Source: Candidatus Latescibacterota bacterium
GTDB taxonomy: Bacteria; Latescibacterota; UBA2968; GCA-2709665
Assembly: GCA_965116875.1 (NCBI GenBank)
Contig: OZ220733.1
Coordinates: forward strand, 2,432,001 to 2,496,000
Length of the DNA: 64,000 nt
Direction: 5' to 3'
Within the stretch, counting starts at the first letter, position 1; every line of letters begins with the position of its first letter. A model generated the notes under the pieces. It did no database searches and was not told the DNA's origin. It saw only the letters and a program-made list of their open reading frames with translations. Below, one piece after another: positions 28,758 to 39,559 of this stretch. The position numbers and the translations under genes were made by a program.

Positions 28758-28798
28758 ATTATACACAGTATAATAATGAAATATCGGCTATTAGTCAA
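28758..28798 (-). promoter_or_regulatory. Putative promoter/operator of the RHH-GNAT-XRE operon
   Basis: Minus strand TTGACT-17-TATTAT plus a downstream TATAAT; perfect IR ATTATAC-ACA-GTATAAT at 28758-28774. Confidence 0.55.
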
Positions 28799-29141
28799 AT
28801 GATAATTACATAATATATGATCATTAAATAGCTACCTTTTAGCTGCACATTGCATACACTTTCGGCAGCCGCGGTGATTTAATTAATGAAGTCTCGTCCG
28901 CGAAAACATCAATTCGAACACCGGATCGAGATCTGTAAAGGTTACCGCTAAGAAGCTGCTTAGAAAATAACACGATAAACTGCGAAGAAACGAAACTACG
29001 AGACTACGAAAAACGAAAAACGCAGCGATGAATAATCCGTGGCTGAGATCAATTGCCACAATAGGCCCAAAACCACAATGTTGCACGTCAGCCTGACAAT
29101 GCATCGATTTTCATCATAGTGGGTGCCCCACAGAGCACATG

Positions 29142-29330
29142 GCAACTGTTTTAGAATTACCGGTGAGTTCCCGAGCGCGAGCGAAAAAGTGGCGGACAAG
29201 GAGGGAAAATCCGCCCATATACGAATGTATCGTGGCTGCGCGCCCCTCGCCACTCTTGGGTGGATTTGACCAACGCCGACCGGCGCTTTTGCAGCTGCGC
29301 GATGACCGCTGGGAGTTTTAAGACAGCTTT
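29142..29330 (-). mobile_element. MITE family B, copy 2 (inverted, longer central loop)
   Basis: Reverse complement aligns with 16232-16393 over both arms. Confidence 0.8.
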
Positions 29331-29541
29331 TAAAGAGATTTGCCAACGAATGGGCCTGATAACGACACAAGTGCCACGCGGAGCACCCATCTGAAGAAAT
29401 GAAGGGGCGACCTGAGAATCGTCCTGTCGCCAACCGAAGTACCGATTGATGCCCGGGCTTCGGTCGCGGGGAACCTGCCTCTTTCCAAATTTACCCTTTA
29501 CGCAACCCCTGTTTCTGTTTATATTCGCCCGGTCTTTGTAG

Positions 29542-31053
<1,512 letters not shown>

Positions 31054-31112
31054 CGGGAATAAACCTCGGGCCCACGTCACGCGACCGCGTCAGCCTGAAC
31101 TTCGTCCCTGCG

Positions 31113-32465
31113 TCATCTCACCAGGCGTCTGAACAGATCCTCCCGCATCTCGCAATGCAGCAGTTCATCCAGCCGCCCGTTCTCCAATCCATCCCGGATC
31201 ACCGCGAAACTCTCCCTCACCGCCGCCTCGGTGTGGTCCAGCGCCACGTCGTCGTGCGCGCAGTTGAAGAAGAATCCCGTGGAAAGGATCAGGCCCCGTT
31301 TCGCGTTTTCCTGGATGAAGAGCGTAGTTACCTTCCTGGCGTCCTCAGGGTCGTCTACCTGAAAACGGATGCCCGGGTGGGCGGCAACGCCCACGCATTC
31401 GGCGTCCACGCCCACGTCCCCCGCCGCCCGGTTGATCCTCTCTTTGAAGGACGCCCCGATCCGTTCGAAGTGCGCCACCGCGTCCCGCCGTTCCAGCTCC
31501 CTGACGGTCGTCAGCGCGGCCACGATTCCGATCGGGTCGTCCCAGTACGCGCTCGAAATGAACATTCTCGAAACCGGCTCCATCACCTCCCGCCTGCCCA
31601 CCACGGCAGCCATCGGATACCCGTTTGAGATCGCTTTCGCGAACACGGACAGATCGGGCACCACGCCCGTGAACTCCTGTACCCCGCCCAATGCGATTCG
31701 AAAACCGCATGACACTTCGTCGAAAATGAGTACCACGCCGTACTTTGTCGCCAGCGCGCGCACCCCCTCCAGGTATCCCGGCGGCGGCAACTCCGTGCGC
31801 ATCGGCTCCATGATGATGCAGGCGACGTCATTGAGGTTCGCCTTCAGCAGGTCCTCCAGCATCTGCAGGTCGCCGTACTCGAAAGGTATCGTCGTTCCTT
31901 CCAGCGCTCCCGGTACGCCGATCGGCTCGATTCCCGGCCTGAGGTGCCCGTCGAGCCGCTCCTCGCCCAGATTTGCGGCCAGGTACCAGTCGTGCCATCC
32001 GTGGTAACCGCAGAACAGCACCCTGTCCTTCCCCGTAACCCCCCGGGCAATCCGAACCGCCACCGTACAGGCCTCGCCTCCGCCCTTCGCGTAACGCACC
32101 ATCTCCGCCGATGGTATCAGGCGGACCAGCTCTTCCGCCAGTTCCACGGCGCTATCGTGTACGATGCTGCAGATGCCGCCTTTTTTGATCTGCCGTCTTA
32201 CGGCCGCGTCGACGACCTCGTCCGCGTAGCCGAGAATGATCGGACCCACGCCGCTCATCCAGTCGACGTACTCGTTGCTGTCGACGTCCCATATCCGGCA
32301 CCCCTTCGCACGGTCGGCGTAGACCGGGCTCACGCCCAGGGCCGCCTGCGTGGGACGACGGCTGAGCAACTGCGTCACGCCCGGTATTACCGCCTGTGCC
32401 CGTGCATACACCGCCATCGACCTCGCAACGGAATGTTCAGCAGGCGTTGCGTTCTTTTCGCTCAT
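31113..32465 (-). CDS. Class III PLP aminotransferase (GSA-aminomutase-like)
   Basis: GYHGWHDW, IMEP, LIFDEVSCGFR and FAKAISNGYP motifs. Confidence 0.9.
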   Translation of the reverse strand: MSEKNATPAEHSVARSMAVYARAQAVIPGVTQLLSRRPTQAALGVSPVYADRAKGCRIWDVDSNEYVDWMSGVGPIILGYADEVVDAAVRRQIKKGGICSIVHDSAVELAEELVRLIPSAEMVRYAKGGGEACTVAVRIARGVTGKDRVLFCGYHGWHDWYLAANLGEERLDGHLRPGIEPIGVPGALEGTTIPFEYGDLQMLEDLLKANLNDVACIIMEPMRTELPPPGYLEGVRALATKYGVVLIFDEVSCGFRIALGGVQEFTGVVPDLSVFAKAISNGYPMAAVVGRREVMEPVSRMFISSAYWDDPIGIVAALTTVRELERRDAVAHFERIGASFKERINRAAGDVGVDAECVGVAAHPGIRFQVDDPEDARKVTTLFIQENAKRGLILSTGFFFNCAHDDVALDHTEAAVRESFAVIRDGLENGRLDELLHCEMREDLFRRLVR

Positions 32466-32506
32466 CTCCGGTCCTCTCGAACGTGCGTTCGCGATGCGTC
32501 GCCTGT

Positions 32507-33304
32507 CTACCATGACGTCCAACCTCCGTCGATGGTCATATTCTGCCCGGTCATGTAGCTGCTTGCATCGCTGGCGAGAAACACGATCGCCCCCTTGAGC
32601 TCGTGCGGCTTTCCCATGCGTCCCATCGGACTCTTCGTGCAAAGCCGGTCTACCATTTCTCCAGGCGCCGTGCTCATGTTGGGAAAGGGACCCGGACTCA
32701 GACAGTTCACCCGCACCCGGTCCGCCGCCCAGTAGACCGCCAGGTGCCGCGTCACGTGAATGATCCCGCCTTTCAGCGCGTGATAGGCCGCGGGGCTGGC
32801 CGGACACACCCCCGCGTACGCATCCGGATACGACGCCACCTGTCCGTACATGGAACCGAGCATGACGATGCTCGCGGGGTCTCCGCGTTCCACGGCGTCG
32901 TTTCGCACCAGTCGTGCCAGCGTGAAATACCCGGCCACGTTCCCCTGTTGCCACGCGAACTGCTCGTGTGTCACGTCCGTCCAGTCGTTCAGTACGCCCT
33001 CGTTCCCGTTGTTCACCAGAACGTCGATCTGTCCGGCGGCTTCCACGGCGTCGGCAAAACCGGCCTCGATGGATCCGCCGTCCATATGGTCCAGCCGCAC
33101 GCCCACGTGCGCGGCGTCGCCGGGCAACTTCGCGACTGCTGCCTCGGCGCGGCTGCGTTCCCTGCTGCTGATGACGACCCTCGCCCCTGCTTCGGCCAGC
33201 GCAGTGGCGAACGCCGTTCCGAGATAACCCGTACCTCCCGTCACCAGCGCCACCTTGCCACTCAAGTCGAACAGTCTCTGTACCGTCGGTTCGTTCGTTG
33301 CCAT
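32507..33304 (-). CDS. Short-chain dehydrogenase/reductase
   Basis: TGGTGYLG, YHALKGG, RVNCLSPG and TGQNMTIDGG motifs. Confidence 0.92.
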   Translation of the reverse strand: MATNEPTVQRLFDLSGKVALVTGGTGYLGTAFATALAEAGARVVISSRERSRAEAAVAKLPGDAAHVGVRLDHMDGGSIEAGFADAVEAAGQIDVLVNNGNEGVLNDWTDVTHEQFAWQQGNVAGYFTLARLVRNDAVERGDPASIVMLGSMYGQVASYPDAYAGVCPASPAAYHALKGGIIHVTRHLAVYWAADRVRVNCLSPGPFPNMSTAPGEMVDRLCTKSPMGRMGKPHELKGAIVFLASDASSYMTGQNMTIDGGWTSW

Positions 33305-33336
33305 TTCATCGCCTCCTGTGCCGTGCGAAACCTCTA

Positions 33337-35244
33337 TCACCGCGGAATAATCGGGAGCACAATGTGGGAAGGCCGCTCGAGGTCCATGTACACCGTATTT
33401 CGGGCAACAACGGAGTGCGTATGCCGTCCCACGGGTTCGCCGGTATTCGGATTCACGTCGAAACGGGGGAAATTGCTGCTGGAGATATCCACGCGGATCC
33501 GGTGGCCGCGCACGAACAGATTGCTGGTTGGCGTCAGCACGATCCTGACGGCGTATACTTCGCCGGGAACCATCATCTCGGGTTGTTCCCACCCGTTCCG
33601 ATAGCGCACGCGGATAATGGAATCGACCAGATTCATGTGGTAGCCATCCGGATCATCTTCGCCGGGTGGGTAGACGTCGATCAGCTTTGCCGTAAAATCC
33701 GTGTCGACAGCGGTCGACGAGATCCAGAGATTCACAGCCAGCGGGCCGGTGACTTCAACGTCCTCCACCAGCGGCTCCGTCTGGAACACGAGCACGTCTT
33801 CCCGGGACGCGAGGGTCAGGTACGGAGGCCGTGCGCCAACGATGCCCGGCGCCTCCTTCTGGTGGGCGGCTCCGTCCAGCACGATGCTGCGCATCCGGGC
33901 CCTCGGGGGCGTGTACCGCTCCACCATCCCTTCGCCCAGCGGCACCATTTCGTAGAATCCGGTCACATTTCCCGCGATGGTGGGCACCGGGTGTTCCGGA
34001 TCGTGAGCATAGCCGGCCGGTGCGCCGTCCACACCGGGTGTTTCCGGACCGAGGCCGCCGCCGCCGTGAAGATAGTACGGCGTGTACCTGGTGCGGGCCA
34101 GCGGCCACGCGCGCTCGGACCGCCACGAGCCGCCGTGGTTGAGACGGCCGGCGTCGTTCCGCCGGCCATCGCCTCCTCCCATCACGAAAATACGCACGGG
34201 GGGGTCGTCATCCACGTCGTTGCGGACACCCTTCAACCAGCGGTCGAACCAGCGGAGGCGCTCCCGGTTGTACACGTCGTCGCCCCAGGCCGCGTCGGGT
34301 CCGAAATCCACGTCGCCGGCGAACGAGTCGCCCTCTCCCCGTATGCCGCCGTGGTTCCACGGACCCATCAGAAGCCGCTGGGGCGTCCGGTTCTGTTTTG
34401 ACATTGCGGCGAAATAGTTCGTCGTCGCCCCCGCGAAGGGATCGTACCAACCTCCGCTGAAGACGGAAGGAATATCGCCGTGCCGGTCGAAATAGCGCTC
34501 CTGGTCGCAGCAGTCCTGCTGCCAGAACTCGTCGTACTCGCCGCGATGGTAGTAATCGAACAGCACCCGTTCGAGATTGGGCACCAGCGCCAGGGGCGTA
34601 TCTCCCGGCTTGAACGGCGTTGTATAGACCAGTTCCCTCATCCGCTCCATGGCGTCCACGAACGCCTGCGCCGCGGCCGGATCGTCCCTGATCTCCTGCG
34701 CGTCGTGCCCGTGCAGAAACAGGGCGCCGAACATATGCAGCGCCATCGCCCCTCCCTCGCGGGAGCAATGCGCGTACATATTGGTCGGTCCCACGTCCTG
34801 CCACAATGCCGCGAGATTCGGCGGCCGGTACAGCGCCATCGCCGCCTGAACGATGGCGCCGTGCGAGCTTCCCACCGTGCCCACCCGCCCGTTGGACCAT
34901 GACTGTTCCGCAATCCACTGCACCGTGTCGTATCCGTCCCTTCCCTCGCCGGGATTCGCGGTATGGAAATACTGCCCCGTACCCTCAGACCGGTGACGCC
35001 CTCTCAGGTCCTGGATCACCGCCACGTATCCCCGCCGGGCGAAGAACATCCCCACGGGCTCCACCCACATCTGTGGACTGCTCTTGTCATAGGACGTCCG
35101 CCCCAGAATCGCCGGATATCTGCCCGGCGCGGGTTCACCGTCGACGGCGGGGCGGTAGACATCCGTCGCCAGCCGGACGCCGTCGCGCATGGACACCATA
35201 ACGTCAGGCGCGATCACGACGCCGGTTTCGGATTCCGGGTTCAT
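33337..35244 (-). CDS. CocE/NonD-family (peptidase S15) hydrolase
   Basis: MRDGVRLATDVY, GxSxG-like GSSHG, GGWYD, GPWNH and SSSNFPRF motifs. Confidence 0.92.
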   Translation of the reverse strand: MNPESETGVVIAPDVMVSMRDGVRLATDVYRPAVDGEPAPGRYPAILGRTSYDKSSPQMWVEPVGMFFARRGYVAVIQDLRGRHRSEGTGQYFHTANPGEGRDGYDTVQWIAEQSWSNGRVGTVGSSHGAIVQAAMALYRPPNLAALWQDVGPTNMYAHCSREGGAMALHMFGALFLHGHDAQEIRDDPAAAQAFVDAMERMRELVYTTPFKPGDTPLALVPNLERVLFDYYHRGEYDEFWQQDCCDQERYFDRHGDIPSVFSGGWYDPFAGATTNYFAAMSKQNRTPQRLLMGPWNHGGIRGEGDSFAGDVDFGPDAAWGDDVYNRERLRWFDRWLKGVRNDVDDDPPVRIFVMGGGDGRRNDAGRLNHGGSWRSERAWPLARTRYTPYYLHGGGGLGPETPGVDGAPAGYAHDPEHPVPTIAGNVTGFYEMVPLGEGMVERYTPPRARMRSIVLDGAAHQKEAPGIVGARPPYLTLASREDVLVFQTEPLVEDVEVTGPLAVNLWISSTAVDTDFTAKLIDVYPPGEDDPDGYHMNLVDSIIRVRYRNGWEQPEMMVPGEVYAVRIVLTPTSNLFVRGHRIRVDISSSNFPRFDVNPNTGEPVGRHTHSVVARNTVYMDLERPSHIVLPIIPR

Positions 35245-35286
35245 GTTCTTTCTGCTCCTCCAATTGACGCGAACTGTGACGGGCTG

Positions 35287-37968
35287 TTATGCCAGGATTC
35301 CGTCTCCCGCGACAACGGCCGGGGCGCCGGAATCGAACCGGACCTCCACAAAATCAGTCTCCGCTTTCAGATCGAGCGCGGTATTGCCAACCTGTACCGT
35401 CCTGCCCTTGCAGATTGCGACCGACAACACGTCGCCGCCGCGTCTCCGCCGAACCATGCAAAGTTCCGCGTCGGTCCGGATGTCCATGTCCTTCTGCACC
35501 ATCCGCCCGCCGTCCCGCCCGAAGTCTTCCGCGTCTATGGCCAGGACGACGTCCCGACGTCCATCTGCGAGCTCGATTTCCACGGCCACGTCCGAATCTG
35601 AAGGGGCCCGGCCGTCTTCGTCCTCCAGCGAAAGACGTCGTACTCCGGTGATGGCCGGCTCACCCTCATAGGGTTCGATGACGCCCACGAACGTGGACGC
35701 CAGCGGACCCGCGTCCGACCGCCGCCGCACCATCACCCTGGGGATCCAGGCCGTCTCGCTGCCGCCATAGCCGCGCAGCGCAACCCAGGCCTCGGCCGTA
35801 GATGCCTGCGCGCCCGCCGTCAGGTCGGTGTAACGCAGGTGGACGTCACGGTCCTCATCGAGATATCCGAACCGGTCCTCCACCTTCCAGTCCACGTGCC
35901 ATCCCGGGACCGGCTTCTCATCGCTCATGAAGTCGCGCATCTGCGTCTCGTACCCGTATTCGTCGGCTGGCGCCAGCGTAAGCCCCCGTGTCGAAATCTC
36001 TCCGAAATGACTGTGCATGAACTTCGCGTGGTCTCGCCCGCCTGCGACGCGGAACACATCCAGAAGGTAGCTTCCAATGTCCGAAGTGTCGACCATCGCG
36101 ACGGTCCGTTCATAGCGCGGTATCCCGTACAGCGTCGAACCGCTCGCCCGGACCGCCCGGAACCGCTCGCCGTCCGCCCACAACGTGGACTCGCCATCCG
36201 AGGGGCGTTCCTGGTCCTTCCCGTCCACAACCACGGTGTTGTGACCGGCGGTACTCACGTACCAGTGAAACTTCGGGCCGCTCCACCCTCCGTAATGTAC
36301 CGGCGGGTAACCGAAATCCGGCATCAGGTCCAGGCCCATTGCGAAAAACCCGAGGTTCATCCCGTCGGCGTGTCCGTGAGGTCCGCCCGAGTCGTAGTCC
36401 AGCCACGCCGCGCGTCTTCCGTCGCCCCGCCCGGATCGAAGGATGGCCAGTCGCCACTCCGTCTTGTTGGCGCTGGCCTGCCGGATTTCCGTACCGCTGG
36501 CGTCGATAACGGCCTGCACCCCGGCCTGAAATGCCGCCGGATCGTCCGAAAACAGGTCGTACGGCAACCCGTCGACCGCACTTCCGTTGGCCTGGAAAAG
36601 CGCCTGAACGTAGGCCGCATCGCCCGTTTCCCGGTACAGATGCCACAGGAACGCGTACATCGACGGCTCCAGCCCGGGATCATCGGAGAAGGAGACGCCC
36701 ACGTACTTGTCGACCTTCCCGCCGTAGTATCCCGTGTCGCCGGCTTGAGGATAGTATTGTTGGAGGCACCACGTATCGATATGAAACCGGTACGTCTGCC
36801 GCAGCTTCGGGTGCCGTGCCAGCATATCGCCCAGGAATCCGGGGTCGACCCTGCTGAACCGCGCCAGGAACTGCGCCAGGCTCTGTATCACCCCTGAACA
36901 GTAACCCGCAAGTCCCTTTTCCCCTGTCACGCCGTCCACCGCCGTGGCGCGCTCCATCATCTCGGCGATCAGGCCATACACCTTCTCCCGGTTTCCCTCC
37001 CAGTCCAGGACAGAGTGAATCGTGATCAACGCGATTTCCTTGCGGGGATAGTTGGACCGGATCCGATCATGGTTAACGACCGTATCCTGGAGTATCCCCT
37101 CCTCGATATGCCGCGTCACGTCTACCGGCGACGCCTTGCTCACCTCAATGCCGTACCTGGCAGCCTTTCCGCTTAGAAATCCCGCCAGGGCTTCATCTTC
37201 GCCCAATGCGTCACGGACCTGGTCATACGCCTGCGCGAGTACCCGCGCTTCCTCGCACGCGTCGTGCCAGGTGGACACGTACCCTGCGTGCGCGGGACCT
37301 TCGTACATCATCGCCTGATCTTTGAAATTGAACGTCGTGTACAGGTCCGCCACCCGGTCGAGCAGCACGCCCGCCTTGTGGGCAAACACGGGTTCTCCGG
37401 TTGCCGCGTAGGCCTCCGCCAGCGCCTTGATCCCGCCATGCACGATCTGCTTCCACTGGCCGTAGACCAGGTAGGTCCCCACGAACCACCAGGTATTCTC
37501 ACCGTCGCGGTACCCCTCGCCGTCGTCCACTCCGAACAGGTGCAGCGGATCCGCCGGATCGGGATGCTCCGTGTTGAACAGGAGCGAGCGGTCCGCAAGG
37601 CCGTGTTGAAACACTCCGTGTTCATCCAGACCGGAGCGGTAGAACGCCTGGAAGTCGTTTTTGGGAAACAACTCTTCGCAGTGCGGGCATCGCAGCTTCC
37701 ACGGGAGGCGCAACGCCTGGATACGCCAGTTGTACATGGGCACGCCCTCCCCGCACGCCGGGCAGTGCCCGTTCGACCAGACCATCCAGGACCTCCGGAT
37801 GGTACTCCCGAACATCAGGTCCCACAACTCATCGTCCGAAAACGCCACCCACGGCTGAGCGGCCTCGACGATCCGGTCCCGCGCCCGCTTTGCCCACACG
37901 TGGTTTTCCGCGTTGCGCTTCGCCTTTTCAATCAACTCCGCCGGGTAGAACAGGCTGCCCTTGCTCAC
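35287..37968 (-). CDS. Heparinase II/III-like polysaccharide lyase
   Basis: Alpha-toroid N-half; HGHADGMNL, DFGYPP and GHNTVVVDG motifs; N-terminal CPAC/CPHC pair. Confidence 0.8.
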   Translation of the reverse strand: MSKGSLFYPAELIEKAKRNAENHVWAKRARDRIVEAAQPWVAFSDDELWDLMFGSTIRRSWMVWSNGHCPACGEGVPMYNWRIQALRLPWKLRCPHCEELFPKNDFQAFYRSGLDEHGVFQHGLADRSLLFNTEHPDPADPLHLFGVDDGEGYRDGENTWWFVGTYLVYGQWKQIVHGGIKALAEAYAATGEPVFAHKAGVLLDRVADLYTTFNFKDQAMMYEGPAHAGYVSTWHDACEEARVLAQAYDQVRDALGEDEALAGFLSGKAARYGIEVSKASPVDVTRHIEEGILQDTVVNHDRIRSNYPRKEIALITIHSVLDWEGNREKVYGLIAEMMERATAVDGVTGEKGLAGYCSGVIQSLAQFLARFSRVDPGFLGDMLARHPKLRQTYRFHIDTWCLQQYYPQAGDTGYYGGKVDKYVGVSFSDDPGLEPSMYAFLWHLYRETGDAAYVQALFQANGSAVDGLPYDLFSDDPAAFQAGVQAVIDASGTEIRQASANKTEWRLAILRSGRGDGRRAAWLDYDSGGPHGHADGMNLGFFAMGLDLMPDFGYPPVHYGGWSGPKFHWYVSTAGHNTVVVDGKDQERPSDGESTLWADGERFRAVRASGSTLYGIPRYERTVAMVDTSDIGSYLLDVFRVAGGRDHAKFMHSHFGEISTRGLTLAPADEYGYETQMRDFMSDEKPVPGWHVDWKVEDRFGYLDEDRDVHLRYTDLTAGAQASTAEAWVALRGYGGSETAWIPRVMVRRRSDAGPLASTFVGVIEPYEGEPAITGVRRLSLEDEDGRAPSDSDVAVEIELADGRRDVVLAIDAEDFGRDGGRMVQKDMDIRTDAELCMVRRRRGGDVLSVAICKGRTVQVGNTALDLKAETDFVEVRFDSGAPAVVAGDGILA

Positions 37969-38088
37969 GTCCGTGCCTCCTCGTTGTGTTGCGGCGCCGG
38001 GACAATCCTGCTTGATCGACCCGACGCGGCGCCCTATCTTCGCTCGAAGAAATCTCCTTCAAATGACCACGGAACAGGAAACGGACCC

Positions 38089-39303
38089 ATGCTGGTTGCC
38101 TCACAGGACTTCCGCTGGCACGACCGCGGCGAAGGAGGCGTCTACGTCTTCGGTGACGACGGCTACCTCACGATCGACGGCTCGCGAGGCCGCGCGCGCT
38201 GTTCCCGGCGAATGAAGAACCGCGTCCGGCGCACGGAGGATGCAGTTGAGCTGAAACTCCGGGTGGCCCTCGGAAAGCGCTACCATATCCTCTTCACTCG
38301 CGCGGACGACCGGATTGCGCTGGATTGCCGGATCGACGTCGACGGGCGAATCCATCTGACCGGGGACAGGGGAACCGTCGACTCCGGCAAGTCCCTGACC
38401 TTTCACTACGGCAGACCCTACGCCGATCCGGCCATTCGCCCGCCTTACGTCGTGCCGTCCGACGAACATCGCCTGACCTTTTCGGGATTCGATTTCGAAA
38501 ACAGAAAGTTTGTGTTCGCCCTGGAAAAGAACGACCCGGTCGAGATTCAAGGATGCATTGGACCGGACATTGACGAAATCAGTACAATCGAACTGGCCAC
38601 GGGGACTGTTGAAACCGGCAGTCTCATGCGCCTGAGGGAATACGCCGAATACAACGATGGCGCCGTGGCATCCAGGGAGACGTTTCCGTTGTACTGGGCG
38701 CCGGTTCCTCCCCCTCCGGACGGCATGCCGGACGACAACGTCTGCGAGACGGTCATGCGGCCCGTGAATTTCCGGTGGCTGGAGACGGTCACGAAGTACG
38801 GTTACGTCAAGGTCCGGATCCCGCCGCTGAAAGCGGGCGCCGTGGAATTCGAGATGAAGCCTGCCGACGCGGCGCTGGAGTCATGCCTCATCCTGGAAGA
38901 ACACCAGGGCATCATCAAATACGGGAATATCCAGTTCGGGTTGCTCCGGGGCAAGATAATCATCTGCACCGGGAAAGGCATCACCGAATTCGATCAGGCC
39001 GTCCAGGTCGCGAGCGGCAGGGTGTACAGGTTCCGGATTGAATGGGATGCGCGAAACGGCGAGGTGCGTCTCCGGATCGACGGGGAAACGATGACGCACA
39101 GAGGGTCGGACGCGTTCTCTTTCGCCAACCTTCCGGTCAACGGTATCGATACCATCACGCTCCATCCGGGAGACGTGCGGGCGAGACGAAGTCTTATGGA
39201 GAAACGCCTCGGCGTAGAGCCGCGAGAGGTTTCCACGTCGATCGTACACTGGGGCGCGTTCCGGGTTTACGATCTGGCCGGGAGCCAGGTTGACGCACAT
39301 TGA
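38089..39303 (+). CDS. Hypothetical protein with predicted lectin/ConA-like beta-sandwich repeats
   Basis: Beta-rich, YRFRIEWD...VRLRIDG; AGGAAA upstream of ATG 38089; the longer ORF start is antisense to the lyase. Confidence 0.6.
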   Translation: MLVASQDFRWHDRGEGGVYVFGDDGYLTIDGSRGRARCSRRMKNRVRRTEDAVELKLRVALGKRYHILFTRADDRIALDCRIDVDGRIHLTGDRGTVDSGKSLTFHYGRPYADPAIRPPYVVPSDEHRLTFSGFDFENRKFVFALEKNDPVEIQGCIGPDIDEISTIELATGTVETGSLMRLREYAEYNDGAVASRETFPLYWAPVPPPPDGMPDDNVCETVMRPVNFRWLETVTKYGYVKVRIPPLKAGAVEFEMKPADAALESCLILEEHQGIIKYGNIQFGLLRGKIIICTGKGITEFDQAVQVASGRVYRFRIEWDARNGEVRLRIDGETMTHRGSDAFSFANLPVNGIDTITLHPGDVRARRSLMEKRLGVEPREVSTSIVHWGAFRVYDLAGSQVDAH

Positions 39304-39559
39304 CGGCGCGGCCAGGCGATTTCGATTCGCGCACAACCGTCCGGTTCAAGGTTTTTTTGGAACCCTCGCCCGGCCGGGTTCGTCAGCGAGGTACGTGGCT
39401 CGAAGGTGCAGACGTCCTTGACTTTCCGGTCGCATTGCTTAATTTCCGTTCGGTCCCCTGCGTTCAATGGACGGACCGAACATCGAGATCCCCGATAGAC
39501 GGACGGAATCAGCAAGTTGCCGCCCGCCGCCGCCAGGGAGAAATCATGGAGGAACGATC

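Noticed and set aside
32466-32954. Apparent N-terminal extension/fusion of the class III aminotransferase
   Set aside because: Out-of-frame overlap with the SDR gene; an RBS precedes ATG 32465
37264-38088. N-terminal 275 aa of the 679-aa ORF
   Set aside because: Mostly antisense to the heparinase-like gene; the plausible start is ATG 38089
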